This document shows positions 1-9,627 of a stretch of DNA of 64,000 nt, one piece after another. A program made the position numbers and the translations under genes. The notes beneath the pieces are model-generated. The model was not told the origin of the DNA. It ran no database searches and saw only the letters and a program-made list of their open reading frames with translations. Each line of letters opens with the position of its first letter. Position 1 is the first letter of the stretch. Location: positions 19,194-83,193 of the forward strand of contig CAVPJD010000007.1 of NCBI GenBank assembly GCA_963705165.1, given 5' to 3'. The DNA is from an uncultured delta proteobacterium (GTDB lineage: Bacteria; Desulfobacterota; Syntrophia; Syntrophales; UBA2192).

Positions 1-531
1 GTGGATGCAACCTTGCAAGCTGGAATGGACGTATTCATACAGACCGTTGTTACGAAACAACGATTGCATTCGTCAGAATTTAAACAGTTTTTAGACTACT
101 TTACAAAAAGAGATATTGATGTGTTTGTGACTTTTGCCAAACCGGTGGGGAGTTTTGAGGGACACTTTGAGGGCATGATTGATCAGAATGATTTGGATTA
201 TTTTAGAGACATGGAAAATCTTTATCGTGTCTTCAGCCATTTAACACCCGCTTTTGGAATGGACTTGGGTTGCCCGGCTGTTAAAGGGATTACTACAATA
301 ACGGCATATGGGGATGTCCTTGGATGTCAATACACTCCCATTTCCATCGGGAATCTATTTACGGAACCGCTCAAAGATATTCTGGAACGGGGAGCAACGA
401 TCAAACAGTATGGAGAATATTCACCCATATGTCCACCCGTGATGGATCGAACTTTTATTGAACGAACGTATGGAAAACAATTTCCTATTCCATGGAACGA
501 ATTCTTCAGACAAGAGGAGTTTATCAAATGA
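1..531 (+). CDS. Radical SAM protein, C-terminal part with SPASM/twitch domain (5'-truncated by window edge)
   Basis: CPAVKGITTITAYGDVLGCQY...IGNLFTEPLKDIL matches the SPASM-type C-x(n)-GDVxxC/IGNL pattern; the CxxxCxxC motif would lie upstream of the window. Confidence 0.7.
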   Translation: MDATLQAGMDVFIQTVVTKQRLHSSEFKQFLDYFTKRDIDVFVTFAKPVGSFEGHFEGMIDQNDLDYFRDMENLYRVFSHLTPAFGMDLGCPAVKGITTITAYGDVLGCQYTPISIGNLFTEPLKDILERGATIKQYGEYSPICPPVMDRTFIERTYGKQFPIPWNEFFRQEEFIK

Positions 532-704
532 ACCTCGTTGCGTTGGGCACGCTCTACGGACGTCTTCACATCCTTCATGGGGTTCCAGGCGACTTGTGCC
601 CTGAACGCCGCTGCACGCTGCGAGAAACTCGGTGCTCTTTCACTATGAGAAGTTCTGAAGTAAAAATACGAAATAATAGAAGCGTATTCATTTTGGTTTA
701 ATTT

Positions 705-1772
705 ATGTCTGATATTATCAATGAAGACCTGGATATCATTTGCCGCAGCGGATTGGATTGGAATAGATTTAAAAATTGTACGGTCTTGATTTCCGGTGCC
801 TATGGAATGTTGCCATCCTATATGCTATTCACGCTACTGCATCTGAATGAAATGTATCGTGGTTTGAATATAAACGTCATTGCGCTTTGCCGGAATTACG
901 ATAAGGCAAAAATAAAATTCGGCGCTTCAATGGATAATCCATTCCTTACTGTCATGTGTCATGATGTTAACAATGAAATCAAGATCGCAGGTCCGATCGA
1001 TTACATTATACATGCAGCCAGCTATGCCAGCTCGGCCTTTTACGGGGTTGATCCGATTGGAGTCATTTCTCCCAACGTTTTCGGAAATAGAAATCTACTC
1101 GAACTGGGCCGAGAAAAAAATGTTAAAGGTTTTCTATTTTTCAGCAGCGGAGAAGTATGCGGCGCAATTGATAAAGACTCCATAACCGAGCAGGATGCCG
1201 GCTATTTAGATCCGACCGATGTAAGGAATTGCTATGGTGAAAGCAAGCGCATGGGAGAAAACATGTGCAAATGCTGGTATCATCAATATCAAGTGCCCAC
1301 ATATATCGTCAGGCCGGATCACACGTATGGCCCGACCATGGATTTAGAAAATGATCACCGCGTTTTCGCTGAATTTGTATCCGATGCAGTAAACAATAAA
1401 AATATTGTAATCAAAAGCGATGGTCAGCCCGTAAGGACATTTTGTTATATTAGTGATGCCACGGATGGTTTCTTTAGAGTCCTGTTAAATGGTGCACCGG
1501 GTGAAAGTTATCATGTCAGCAATAATGAAGGACGGATATCGATTGCAGATCTTGCAAATCTGATCGTCTCTTTATTCCCGGAGAAAAGCTTAAGCGTGAT
1601 TTATGACAAACGAAAAGACAGTGAGCATTATCTAGAAAACAAGCATGCCATAAGACCCATGTTGTCAACCGCTAAAATTGAAAAACTGGGATACAAATGC
1701 CTTTTTAATTTACGAGATGGTTTTCATCGTACGATAAGCCATTTTATGAAGGAGAATAAAGCCTCCTGTTAA
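705..1772 (+). CDS. NAD-dependent epimerase/dehydratase (extended SDR, nucleotide-sugar modifying)
   Basis: VLISGAYGMLPS Rossmann-like motif, IIHAAS, FFSSGEV, catalytic YGESK (YxxxK), RTFCYISD. Confidence 0.9.
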   Translation: MSDIINEDLDIICRSGLDWNRFKNCTVLISGAYGMLPSYMLFTLLHLNEMYRGLNINVIALCRNYDKAKIKFGASMDNPFLTVMCHDVNNEIKIAGPIDYIIHAASYASSAFYGVDPIGVISPNVFGNRNLLELGREKNVKGFLFFSSGEVCGAIDKDSITEQDAGYLDPTDVRNCYGESKRMGENMCKCWYHQYQVPTYIVRPDHTYGPTMDLENDHRVFAEFVSDAVNNKNIVIKSDGQPVRTFCYISDATDGFFRVLLNGAPGESYHVSNNEGRISIADLANLIVSLFPEKSLSVIYDKRKDSEHYLENKHAIRPMLSTAKIEKLGYKCLFNLRDGFHRTISHFMKENKASC

Positions 1773-1942
1773 AGGAAATGTAAGCCGCCATTCTGCCGAT
1801 CGAAGATTTGGTCGTTCCTGAGAGTATCGTGCTTACCGACAACCTTTCAAAAACAGAGCGTCCATACCAACTACACGATTAGCAGCCTGATGTAATTGAT
1901 GGATCAATGATTATTTTATCAAAACGTATCCAGAGGCACTAA

Positions 1943-4900
1943 ATGACATCAAATCGTTTTGAGCTCACAATTTACGTACCTACGTTTAACAGACATGAAA
2001 AGTTAAAAAACTGTCTTGATATTATTTCAAGAGAAATCAGGGGATTAGAAGATAACGTACGGGTCTTTGTATCCAATAATGGATCGTCTGATGGCACACG
2101 AGCCTATTTAGAGTCATTGGATTATACGTGGCTGCATATCAGGCATAACGAAGAAAACGTTGGATCTACTCAGAATATTATTTCCTGTTTTAATTTACCG
2201 ATCGAAACGGAATTTGTCTGGCCTGTAGGTGACGATGATTATTTAATGCCTAATTCCTTATCCGGGATACTTTCCATCATCCATCAATATCCCGCGGCGG
2301 ATTATATTTTTTGCAATACAACGGCGTTCCCCCATCAGCAATCTACAGAAATTCTGAAAAAATATTTGTCAACAGGATCCATTGAAGGGGGGATCCCGAA
2401 AAGCCGTAAATATACCGGAACCACTCTTGTAGATTTTGAACAGCTCATTGACCCGGATATTGCCGATACGCTGTTAGGCGAGTTAATGGTCCATTGTTTC
2501 AGACAATCAAGTATACAATTTGATATCAAGGAGTTATTGGGCCTCAATCCTGATACTGCCGATTGGGATAACCTGGATTTTGAATCTGCAGGAAGATTGA
2601 CACATCCGCATACTTTGCCCTTTTTAAGCTGCTTTACTGCAAAGACAAAAGCAGTGTATTGCGACGTCCCCAGAACATTTAATTTTTGGGGTTCTGCCGG
2701 ATGGTTGGTCAATTACGATCATATTTTCCCGATCGGATTATTATTTCTCATATCGCAATATAAAGAACGTGGGTTTATTTCTGACGATAAACTGATAATA
2801 TTATTGAATTATTATTATTCGATCATGCGAGGTGCCCTCACTCGACAAATTAATGGGCAAAGCACTGCGCGCCCGTTTAATACAAAAATCAAGGCGATCA
2901 TGTACGAATTTCTTTTTCAGTACATGAACAAGCAGTCCATGTCACCTCCGAAGGAGTCCGATAAGCCACTCAAGCCATTGATGGAGGCGACCCCTAAGGC
3001 GATCAATAGTGACTCAAACACCGGGATACCCAACCCCGATGTTCCCCTCACCTCCATCATTATCCTTACCCACAAACAGCTTGAACTCACCAAGCTCTGC
3101 CTGGAAAGCATCGAGGCCCATACGCCTGAATCGCACGAGATCATCATCGTGGACAATGCGTCAACCGATGGCACCGTGGACTATCTGCGCTCGTACGAGT
3201 CGGCGCACTCCAACGTGCATGTGATTGCCAATAAAGAGAACCTGGGCTTTGCCGGCGGTAACAATCAGGGATTGGCTCTGTCCAAGGGCGAATATGTCTT
3301 GCTGCTCAATAATGATACCGTGGTAACCGACGGGTGGCTTTCTCGCATGTTGGCTACATTTACGAATCACCCCGAAGCGGGCCTTGTGGGACCCATGTCA
3401 AACTACGTGTCCGGACCACAGTTGATCAGCGATGTTCCATACAAAACCATGGAACAAATGCATCAATTCGCAAAACAAATCGCTGAAAAGCATAGCGGGC
3501 AGACTGCCGAGTCTTTCCGTCTCGTTGGTTTTTGCCTTATGGCCCGTCGTGCTGTCGTCGATCGAATAGGGGGTCTCGACGAACGATTCGGCAGCGGCAA
3601 TTTTGAAGATGATGATTTTTGCGTTCGCGCCGCCATTGCCGGCTTCAAAAGCCTGATTGCGAAGGATGTTTTCATTCATCATGTCGGCGGTCAAACCTTT
3701 CAGGCATTGAACATCGATTACAAGCGGAGCTTGGAAAGAAACTGGGAACTCTTTAGATCGAAATGGAATATTCCTGCGGCCGTACCGTACGGTTCCGGCT
3801 ATACGCTCTCATTGGCAGCGGGCGACCCGTCCAAGTATTACATCCCGTTATCTTCTGGACCCCTATCCTCCGGCATCCCGGCCGATCTGATTGCGGGCGG
3901 AAACAATGCTTCGCCTCACCGCCCGGAGGCTGCAGAGGCCGTCAATGCCCAAGAGCCCTCCGGACAGAGGGAAAGTCAAAACAGCGGGAACCCAGGGCTA
4001 TTCTCTGCGGAACCTGCAAGCATAATTCCTCCTCTGACTACGTCTGAATTCGAAAAGGGATTGATCTCGATCATTATCCCGGTCCATTCAGGCGATCTGC
4101 ACGCATGCGTTTCGTCAGTAAGAAAACATACAAAAGAAGCGCATGAAGTGATCTTTATTGATCGCGGCGCTGCTCCCGGTGTGAAGAAATGGCTTACAAA
4201 AGCAGTTAAAGACAATCATCATTTTCAGCTCCTGCAATCCGACAGGGAAGCCAATCTTGTCCGATCGCTCAATGCGGGGATCAATCAATCAAAGGGCGAA
4301 TACATCGTGCTTTTGTTTGATGATGTGCTTGTTGACGAAGGATGGCTCCCTGATATGCTGGGGTTCCTGCATAGCAGTGAGAATACAGGTATCGTCGGGC
4401 CGATGTCCGATACCGCCTCCGGGATGCAAAGAGCGGAAGGTTTCAATTCTACGTCAAAGGAAGAACGGAACTCGTTCCGCGAGAGGAACAGGCATAGAAG
4501 AATTCATGTAAGATACCTGGAAGGTTTTTGCCTGCTCTTCCGGCGCAGCTTGCTCTCCAGCATTGATCTCCTGGATGAGGCCTTTGGCGCGGACAAGCAT
4601 GTATTTGACGATTTTTGCGTGAGGTCAGTGCTGGAAGGGTACCGTAACACCATTGCCGGGAACGTATTCGTGCATAACCGGGGTGGCATCCATGGGCTGA
4701 TGTCCCGGGACAGGACCTTCTTCGACGAAAAATGGCGGGGGCTGGAAGCTTCAAGCTCTCTGGCCGAAAAGGTATTGACCGTAAATGCAATGGAGAAGGC
4801 CCGTTCCTTATTCAATAAAGGATCGATTGACGATGCCGTGAAAACCCTGATCGGGCGGATTGGATTCTCTCCGCATGAAAATAAGTTATACTACCTTCTT

Positions 4901-6772
4901 GCAGAAATGCTCATTGAAGAAAAGAAATTTCAGGATGCCCTTGGCGCCCTGAAAGGGATGGCGGTCGTTGAAGGGGATGCGGAATATCATGAGGCGCTGG
5001 GATACGGTCATGAAGGATTGGGCATATACCGCGAAGCGGAAGAACATGCCGATAAGGCATTGGCCGTTAACGGCCGGTCGGCGCCGGCTCTCAACCTGAA
5101 GGGTATCCTGGCCTACAGGAAAGGCGATACGGAGAATGCCAAGGAGCTATTCCTGCAGGCCCTGGAAGCGGATCCCGGTTATGGCGAGCCCTACACGAAT
5201 CTCGGCATGCTGAAATGGCTGGCCGGAGATAAAGAAGGGGCTCTCGATCTTTTCGAAAAAGGTTTTATTCTTTCGCCGGACAAGGCTGATATCATTACAT
5301 CTTATTATGATGCGGTCCATGCCCTGGATTTGTATGGCCGGGCAGAAACTATTTTCAGTGAAGCGAGAAACGCTTATCCTGAAAATATGCGCATTCTTTT
5401 CCTGCTGACGGACATTCTCATAAAACAGGATAAACATCACGAGGCGATGAAACTCGTCGAACGGGCCATGGTTCACCTGGGAATGGATGAGGGGATTCTT
5501 GCTGCCGCACTGGAAATCAGAAAGAAGATAGGACCGAAGATCATAAAAGAAGTTAAAATTACAAAGTCAAAAGCAGCTCCCTCTCTCTCTGTCTGCATGA
5601 TCGTGAAGAATGAGGAAAAGCATTTGGCCTATTGTTTAAACAGCCTGACCCCGGTTGCCGATGAAATGATTGTTGTGGACACGGGCTCCACGGACAAAAC
5701 GAAAGTAATTGCCGAGGCTTTTGGGGCGCGGATCTTTGATTTCGAGTGGATCAATGATTTTTCGGCGGCAAGAAACTACTCCCTGTCCCAGGCTCAGGGC
5801 GATTGGATACTGGTGATGGATGCCGATGAGGTGATCTCCGGCCAGGATTACGTGAAACTAAAAAAACTGCTCCGCAAAAAGAAAGAGATTGCCTACACTC
5901 TTGTCACCCGGAATTACGTGCACAGGACGGCAGGCGACGGCTGGGTGTGCAACGACAACAGCTATATCTATGAACAGGCCGGCCGGGGATGGTTCCCCAG
6001 CGTCAAGGTGCGCCTTTTTCCCAACAATGAAAAAATCAGGTTTGAGCAACCCATTCATGAACTTGTGGAATATTCTCTGCAAAAGATCGGCATGGGCGCA
6101 AAAGAGTCCGGCGTCCCTGTCCACCACTATGGCGAGCTTGATGCAACGAAGGCCACTGCCAAGGACGAACAATATTACGAGCTCGGGTTGAAAAAGATGA
6201 AGGAAAGCGGCGGCGATTTCAAGTCGGTCTGGGAGCTTGCCGTTCAGGCCGGGGAACTGGGCAAACTTGAAGAGTCGATAGAGTTGTGGCACAAAGTCAT
6301 CGGATTCAAGCATCGCGAGGCAGCGGCATATTTCAACCTCGCCAACCATTATCTCAACTTAGGGAGATATGAAGAGTCCCATGAATGTTCCCGAAAAGCG
6401 TACGCGCTTGATCCGCGGGATCAAAGTTCTGTTTTGAGTTTCGCCACGGCGGAATTTCTGGCTGGAGATCTCAATAAGGCCATATCGGCTCTGGAAGGTT
6501 ATTTGCAGGGCAGTGATGCCCAGACATCTCATGCGGCGTTGCTGGCTGTTTCCTATTTGCTGACCGGAAAAACCGACGAGGGACTGAATCTCATTCGCCG
6601 GGGTGTAAAGAAAGGGTATAATATGGTTCACTATCTGCAGCAGCAGTCTCAATCATTACTAACGGCCGGAAATCGGACTAGAGCGATCTCCCTGCTGACC
6701 ACAGCCATCGATAGTAAATATTACACTCCACAGATGCAGGCGCTTCTTGATGAGTGCCGGGCGGATGCGTGA
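1943..6772 (+). CDS. Multidomain glycosyltransferase (four GT2 domains plus two TPR regions), putative flagellin glycosyltransferase
   Basis: GT2 starts LTIYVPTFNR, TSIIILTH...IVDNASTDGT...LLLNND, ISIIIPV, LSVCMIVKNEE...DTGSTD...DADE; TPR-like helices (ALNLKGILAY, AYFNLA); adjacent to flagellin. Confidence 0.85.
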   Translation: MTSNRFELTIYVPTFNRHEKLKNCLDIISREIRGLEDNVRVFVSNNGSSDGTRAYLESLDYTWLHIRHNEENVGSTQNIISCFNLPIETEFVWPVGDDDYLMPNSLSGILSIIHQYPAADYIFCNTTAFPHQQSTEILKKYLSTGSIEGGIPKSRKYTGTTLVDFEQLIDPDIADTLLGELMVHCFRQSSIQFDIKELLGLNPDTADWDNLDFESAGRLTHPHTLPFLSCFTAKTKAVYCDVPRTFNFWGSAGWLVNYDHIFPIGLLFLISQYKERGFISDDKLIILLNYYYSIMRGALTRQINGQSTARPFNTKIKAIMYEFLFQYMNKQSMSPPKESDKPLKPLMEATPKAINSDSNTGIPNPDVPLTSIIILTHKQLELTKLCLESIEAHTPESHEIIIVDNASTDGTVDYLRSYESAHSNVHVIANKENLGFAGGNNQGLALSKGEYVLLLNNDTVVTDGWLSRMLATFTNHPEAGLVGPMSNYVSGPQLISDVPYKTMEQMHQFAKQIAEKHSGQTAESFRLVGFCLMARRAVVDRIGGLDERFGSGNFEDDDFCVRAAIAGFKSLIAKDVFIHHVGGQTFQALNIDYKRSLERNWELFRSKWNIPAAVPYGSGYTLSLAAGDPSKYYIPLSSGPLSSGIPADLIAGGNNASPHRPEAAEAVNAQEPSGQRESQNSGNPGLFSAEPASIIPPLTTSEFEKGLISIIIPVHSGDLHACVSSVRKHTKEAHEVIFIDRGAAPGVKKWLTKAVKDNHHFQLLQSDREANLVRSLNAGINQSKGEYIVLLFDDVLVDEGWLPDMLGFLHSSENTGIVGPMSDTASGMQRAEGFNSTSKEERNSFRERNRHRRIHVRYLEGFCLLFRRSLLSSIDLLDEAFGADKHVFDDFCVRSVLEGYRNTIAGNVFVHNRGGIHGLMSRDRTFFDEKWRGLEASSSLAEKVLTVNAMEKARSLFNKGSIDDAVKTLIGRIGFSPHENKLYYLLAEMLIEEKKFQDALGALKGMAVVEGDAEYHEALGYGHEGLGIYREAEEHADKALAVNGRSAPALNLKGILAYRKGDTENAKELFLQALEADPGYGEPYTNLGMLKWLAGDKEGALDLFEKGFILSPDKADIITSYYDAVHALDLYGRAETIFSEARNAYPENMRILFLLTDILIKQDKHHEAMKLVERAMVHLGMDEGILAAALEIRKKIGPKIIKEVKITKSKAAPSLSVCMIVKNEEKHLAYCLNSLTPVADEMIVVDTGSTDKTKVIAEAFGARIFDFEWINDFSAARNYSLSQAQGDWILVMDADEVISGQDYVKLKKLLRKKKEIAYTLVTRNYVHRTAGDGWVCNDNSYIYEQAGRGWFPSVKVRLFPNNEKIRFEQPIHELVEYSLQKIGMGAKESGVPVHHYGELDATKATAKDEQYYELGLKKMKESGGDFKSVWELAVQAGELGKLEESIELWHKVIGFKHREAAAYFNLANHYLNLGRYEESHECSRKAYALDPRDQSSVLSFATAEFLAGDLNKAISALEGYLQGSDAQTSHAALLAVSYLLTGKTDEGLNLIRRGVKKGYNMVHYLQQQSQSLLTAGNRTRAISLLTTAIDSKYYTPQMQALLDECRADA

Positions 6773-6805
6773 TCGCAAGGGGATCCCGTTGCCCATTTCC
6801 TTATT

Positions 6806-6908
6806 CTTTCATCCCGGGCTTGAATGAGCCTGCCCCGTACTTGGCGTGATGCCGGGGAATCCAAGGAATTTTCGCTGATACCGGATTCCGGCTTTCGCCG
6901 GAATAATC
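6806..6908. repeat. Degenerate palindromic REP-like element (TCATCCCGG...GGAATCCA / GGATTCCGGCTTTCGCCGGAAT type) between convergent genes
   Basis: ATTCCGGC-TTTC-GCCGGAAT hairpin at about 6885-6904 with a degenerate mirror half upstream. Confidence 0.6.
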
Positions 6909-6965
6909 AATGTGCCTGATTGATTCGGTTTTTCGAAAGTCTTTATTTGTTGACCCTCTTTACGC

Positions 6966-7337
6966 TTATCTTCGAAGACCTGCCGCAATATTCAGATTGA
7001 TATTGATGATGACCTTGAGCTTTTCCGGATCCGGTGAGGCCATCACCTCAAAGATGCGCTTGTCAATAAACACACTCAGGCTGAGGATATCCTCTCGAAG
7101 TTTCCTGGGAAGGGGGTTGTCTTCTTTCAGGAGTTCTCCCTGGAAGATGCTCCATATCTGCTGATTGTATCTGAGCGCCTCATCCAATAGTTCATCGCGG
7201 TCGGGTGCGTCCCAGTTATTCTGCACTTCGGCCAGTTTCTGTGCCGCCCTGGTGAGGACCAACGCCTCGATCTCACTATCGGATGAAGTGATCTTCTGAA
7301 CGGTTCTATAGGCTGCCAGTTGCTGCGCTGCGGACAT
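6966..7337 (-). CDS. flaF: Flagellar biosynthesis regulator FlaF
   Basis: AY..EALVLTRAA..EALRYNQQIWSIFQGEL..NPLP..LREDILSLSVFI..IININLNIAAGL is the FlaF signature; downstream of flagellin and flbT. Confidence 0.9.
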   Translation of the reverse strand: MSAAQQLAAYRTVQKITSSDSEIEALVLTRAAQKLAEVQNNWDAPDRDELLDEALRYNQQIWSIFQGELLKEDNPLPRKLREDILSLSVFIDKRIFEVMASPDPEKLKVIININLNIAAGLRR

Positions 7338-7717
7338 GGTTCATGACCCCCTGTTCGTATTCGATCAAATGATTGGTCAGTTTCAGCGCCTGATAGTATC
7401 GGTCGTGCAGGATATGCTCGCTGATCTGATCGATCAGGCCGACGGTGCTCGGCGCTGCGTTCGTTACATCCTTGACCAGTATCCAGTATGTGGCCCGGTG
7501 TTCTTCGATATTTTTTTCATCCACATACATGAGCTGGATCGCGAAATAAATCCTCCGGCAGGGCGAGTTCGCGTTCATTCAGCCCCATGATATCTTTTTC
7601 CCGGAGGATGGGCACGCTGTTCTCGATGACGAAATCACTGCGCGCGCCTCCATTCTGGAGTACCGCTCCGCCGATGATGATCCGCTCATCCGGTTTCAGG
7701 CTTATTTTGAGCGCCAT
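7306..7717 (-). CDS. flbT: Flagellar biosynthesis repressor FlbT (split by an apparent +1 insertion near 7575)
   Basis: MALKISLKPDERIIIGGAVLQNG...ILREKDIM in one frame continues as ANSPCRRIYFAIQLMY...YYQALK..LIEYE in the next. Confidence 0.88.
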
Positions 7718-7735
7718 GGAATCTCTCCGAAAAAT

Positions 7736-7770
7736 ATTCTGAGGGGAGGAGAAATTCCTCCCCTCAGAAT
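7736..7770 (-). terminator. 15-bp perfect hairpin just after the flagellin stop (terminator or attenuator before flbT-flaF)
   Basis: ATTCTGAGGGGAGGA-gaaat-TCCTCCCCTCAGAAT, followed by a short T-run on the minus strand. Confidence 0.75.
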
Positions 7771-7778
7771 TGCCCTGT

Positions 7779-9214
7779 TTAAGCAAACAATCTCAGAACG
7801 GACTGAGCTGCCTGGGCGGACAGACTCAGGGCGGTCGTGCCAAGGGTCTGGCGGGTTTGCAGCATCAGCATGTTCGCGCCTTCTTCGTTCATGTCGGCGA
7901 GAGTCAGCTTGTCCGAGCCTTCCGTCAAGGTATTCACCATACCTTTAACCCAATCCTGACGGGTGTTGATAATGCTCGAGCCCGGAAGAGAGAGTCGAGG
8001 ACTGCGTCTTCAGTGTGGCCGTCGCGGCTGCTCAGACCGGCAATATCCACATCGACATTGGCGTTGGTTGCCCAGCTGAGAGTGGCGGTTTTCGTCCCAT
8101 CCGCCTTGGCCAGCAGCGCCGCGGCGGAGGCGTCAAAGCCGTTCAGTGTAATTTTGTCACCGGCCGTAGCGCCGAATTCAACGTCCAGAGTATTGCCCGC
8201 AGCCAGGAAGTTGATGCCTTTATAGCCGGAGTCCGTGGCTACGAGATCAAGCTGATTCATGATGTCGTTAAACTGCGTGGCGTAAGAGAGTCGGTCCGCA
8301 CTTGCAATGGTAACATCCGCGTTAGTCATTGAAGTTGCCGTCGTCGTAACGCTGGCTGCGGTCAGCGTAGCGGCGCCCGTAGCCGCGGTAAGGGTGACCT
8401 GCGCCCCACTGACAGCTGCCGTTATGGTGGTTACTGCAGCAGTAATTGCAGCTGCAAGATTCGTGGCATCTTGCCCGTTGGTACCTGCGATAGAGAACTG
8501 GTTCGAACCAACGGCAGTCACGGTGGAGGTAGATACCGCAGTGCCACTACCAGTCTCAGAAACCGTAATGGCCGATGTCGCCCAGTTCAGATTGACTGTG
8601 GCGACGGCGGACGTGGCACCGGCGGCGACAGCCCCTGCTCCGCCGATTTTTGCCAGGAAATTGGACGCACTATCACTCATGTTAGTGGTGACCACGAACG
8701 AGGATGCCGAATCGGCACTCGATGCCGTATAGGTGGTGCTGCCGATCGTGATCGTATCTCCAAAGGTAATGGAGGTGAAATTAAGGGATTTCTGCGTCCA
8801 GTTGTCCGACGCCACGGCAGTCAGCGTCTGCCCGCCTATGCTGATGGTCTGTCCGGCGGTGACACTGGCCAGATCCACGGTAACACTTGAAATAACATTT
8901 GCGGAGCCCGCTTTTGCCGTGGAAGCAACGGCCTTGGCCTGCGCGAGCAGACCTTCAATCGCCGAGATACCGGTATTGGCGGCCTTGATGGTCTGCACCG
9001 CTTCACTCATGCCGTCCTTGTATGCCGAGAGGTCGTTGGCACGGCTGTTCAGGGCCTTTGCCGTAAAATAGTTAAGAGGATTGTCAAGAGCGGTATTGAC
9101 TTTTTTGCCCGTCGACAGTCTTTCCTGCGTTCTGTTGAGAAGGTCAACGGTTCCCTGAAGACTGACGAGGTTGGACCTCATTCCTGCGGTCAATGATACG
9201 TCATTGATAGCCAT
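7779..9214 (-). CDS. fliC: Flagellin, alphaproteobacterial type (two apparent +1 insertions near 8029 and 7977)
   Basis: N-terminus SLTAGMRSNLVSLQ..RTQERLSTGKKVNTALDNP; C-terminus read in shifted frame SIINTRQDW..LTEGSDKLTLADMNEEGANMLMLQTRQTLGTTALSLSAQAAQSVLRLFA* ending at 7779. Confidence 0.93.
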
Positions 9215-9356
9215 GAATTGTTCTCCTTTTTCTAAGGGTTGTTGTCTGGCAATTCTTGCCAGGTTCTTTTGCCTGTTGGCCGGACATTACAAGGCGTTCG
9301 ACGGGTCTTGTGAATCATTCCTCCTTTTGACCTGATTATCTCTCGCCTCAAGCTAA

Positions 9357-9384
9357 ATATCGGAATTATCCGGCAAATACTTTA
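9357..9384 (-). promoter_or_regulatory. Sigma28 (FliA) promoter of flagellin
   Basis: Minus strand TAAA-N16-TCCGATAT, close to the consensus TAAA-N15-GCCGATAA. Confidence 0.75.
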
Positions 9385-9540
9385 GTCGCCGGCGGCCTTT
9401 ATTTTCAAAAGCAGGCTTGCGGTCATAGGGGAAAAACCATCGAAAATCGATTGTTTGCGTCGTTCCTGCGAAGCTTGTCCCTGCGAAGGCCAAACTCCTG
9501 CTTCCGCAGGAAGGAGCTTGTCTCGATCATTGCGTAAAAT

Positions 9541-9574
9541 AAAAAAATTCCTCGCACCAAGGTGCCAGGAATTT
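9541..9574 (-). terminator. Probable intrinsic terminator after flgL
   Basis: Imperfect stem AAATTCCT-C-GCACC / GGTGC-C-AGGAATTT with an A-run on the plus strand (U-tract on minus). Confidence 0.55.
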
Positions 9575-9627
9575 AGAAACTCAGGGAAGTGGCTCAGGGG
9601 AAGGCCGCTGGAATGACGGGCGGTAAC

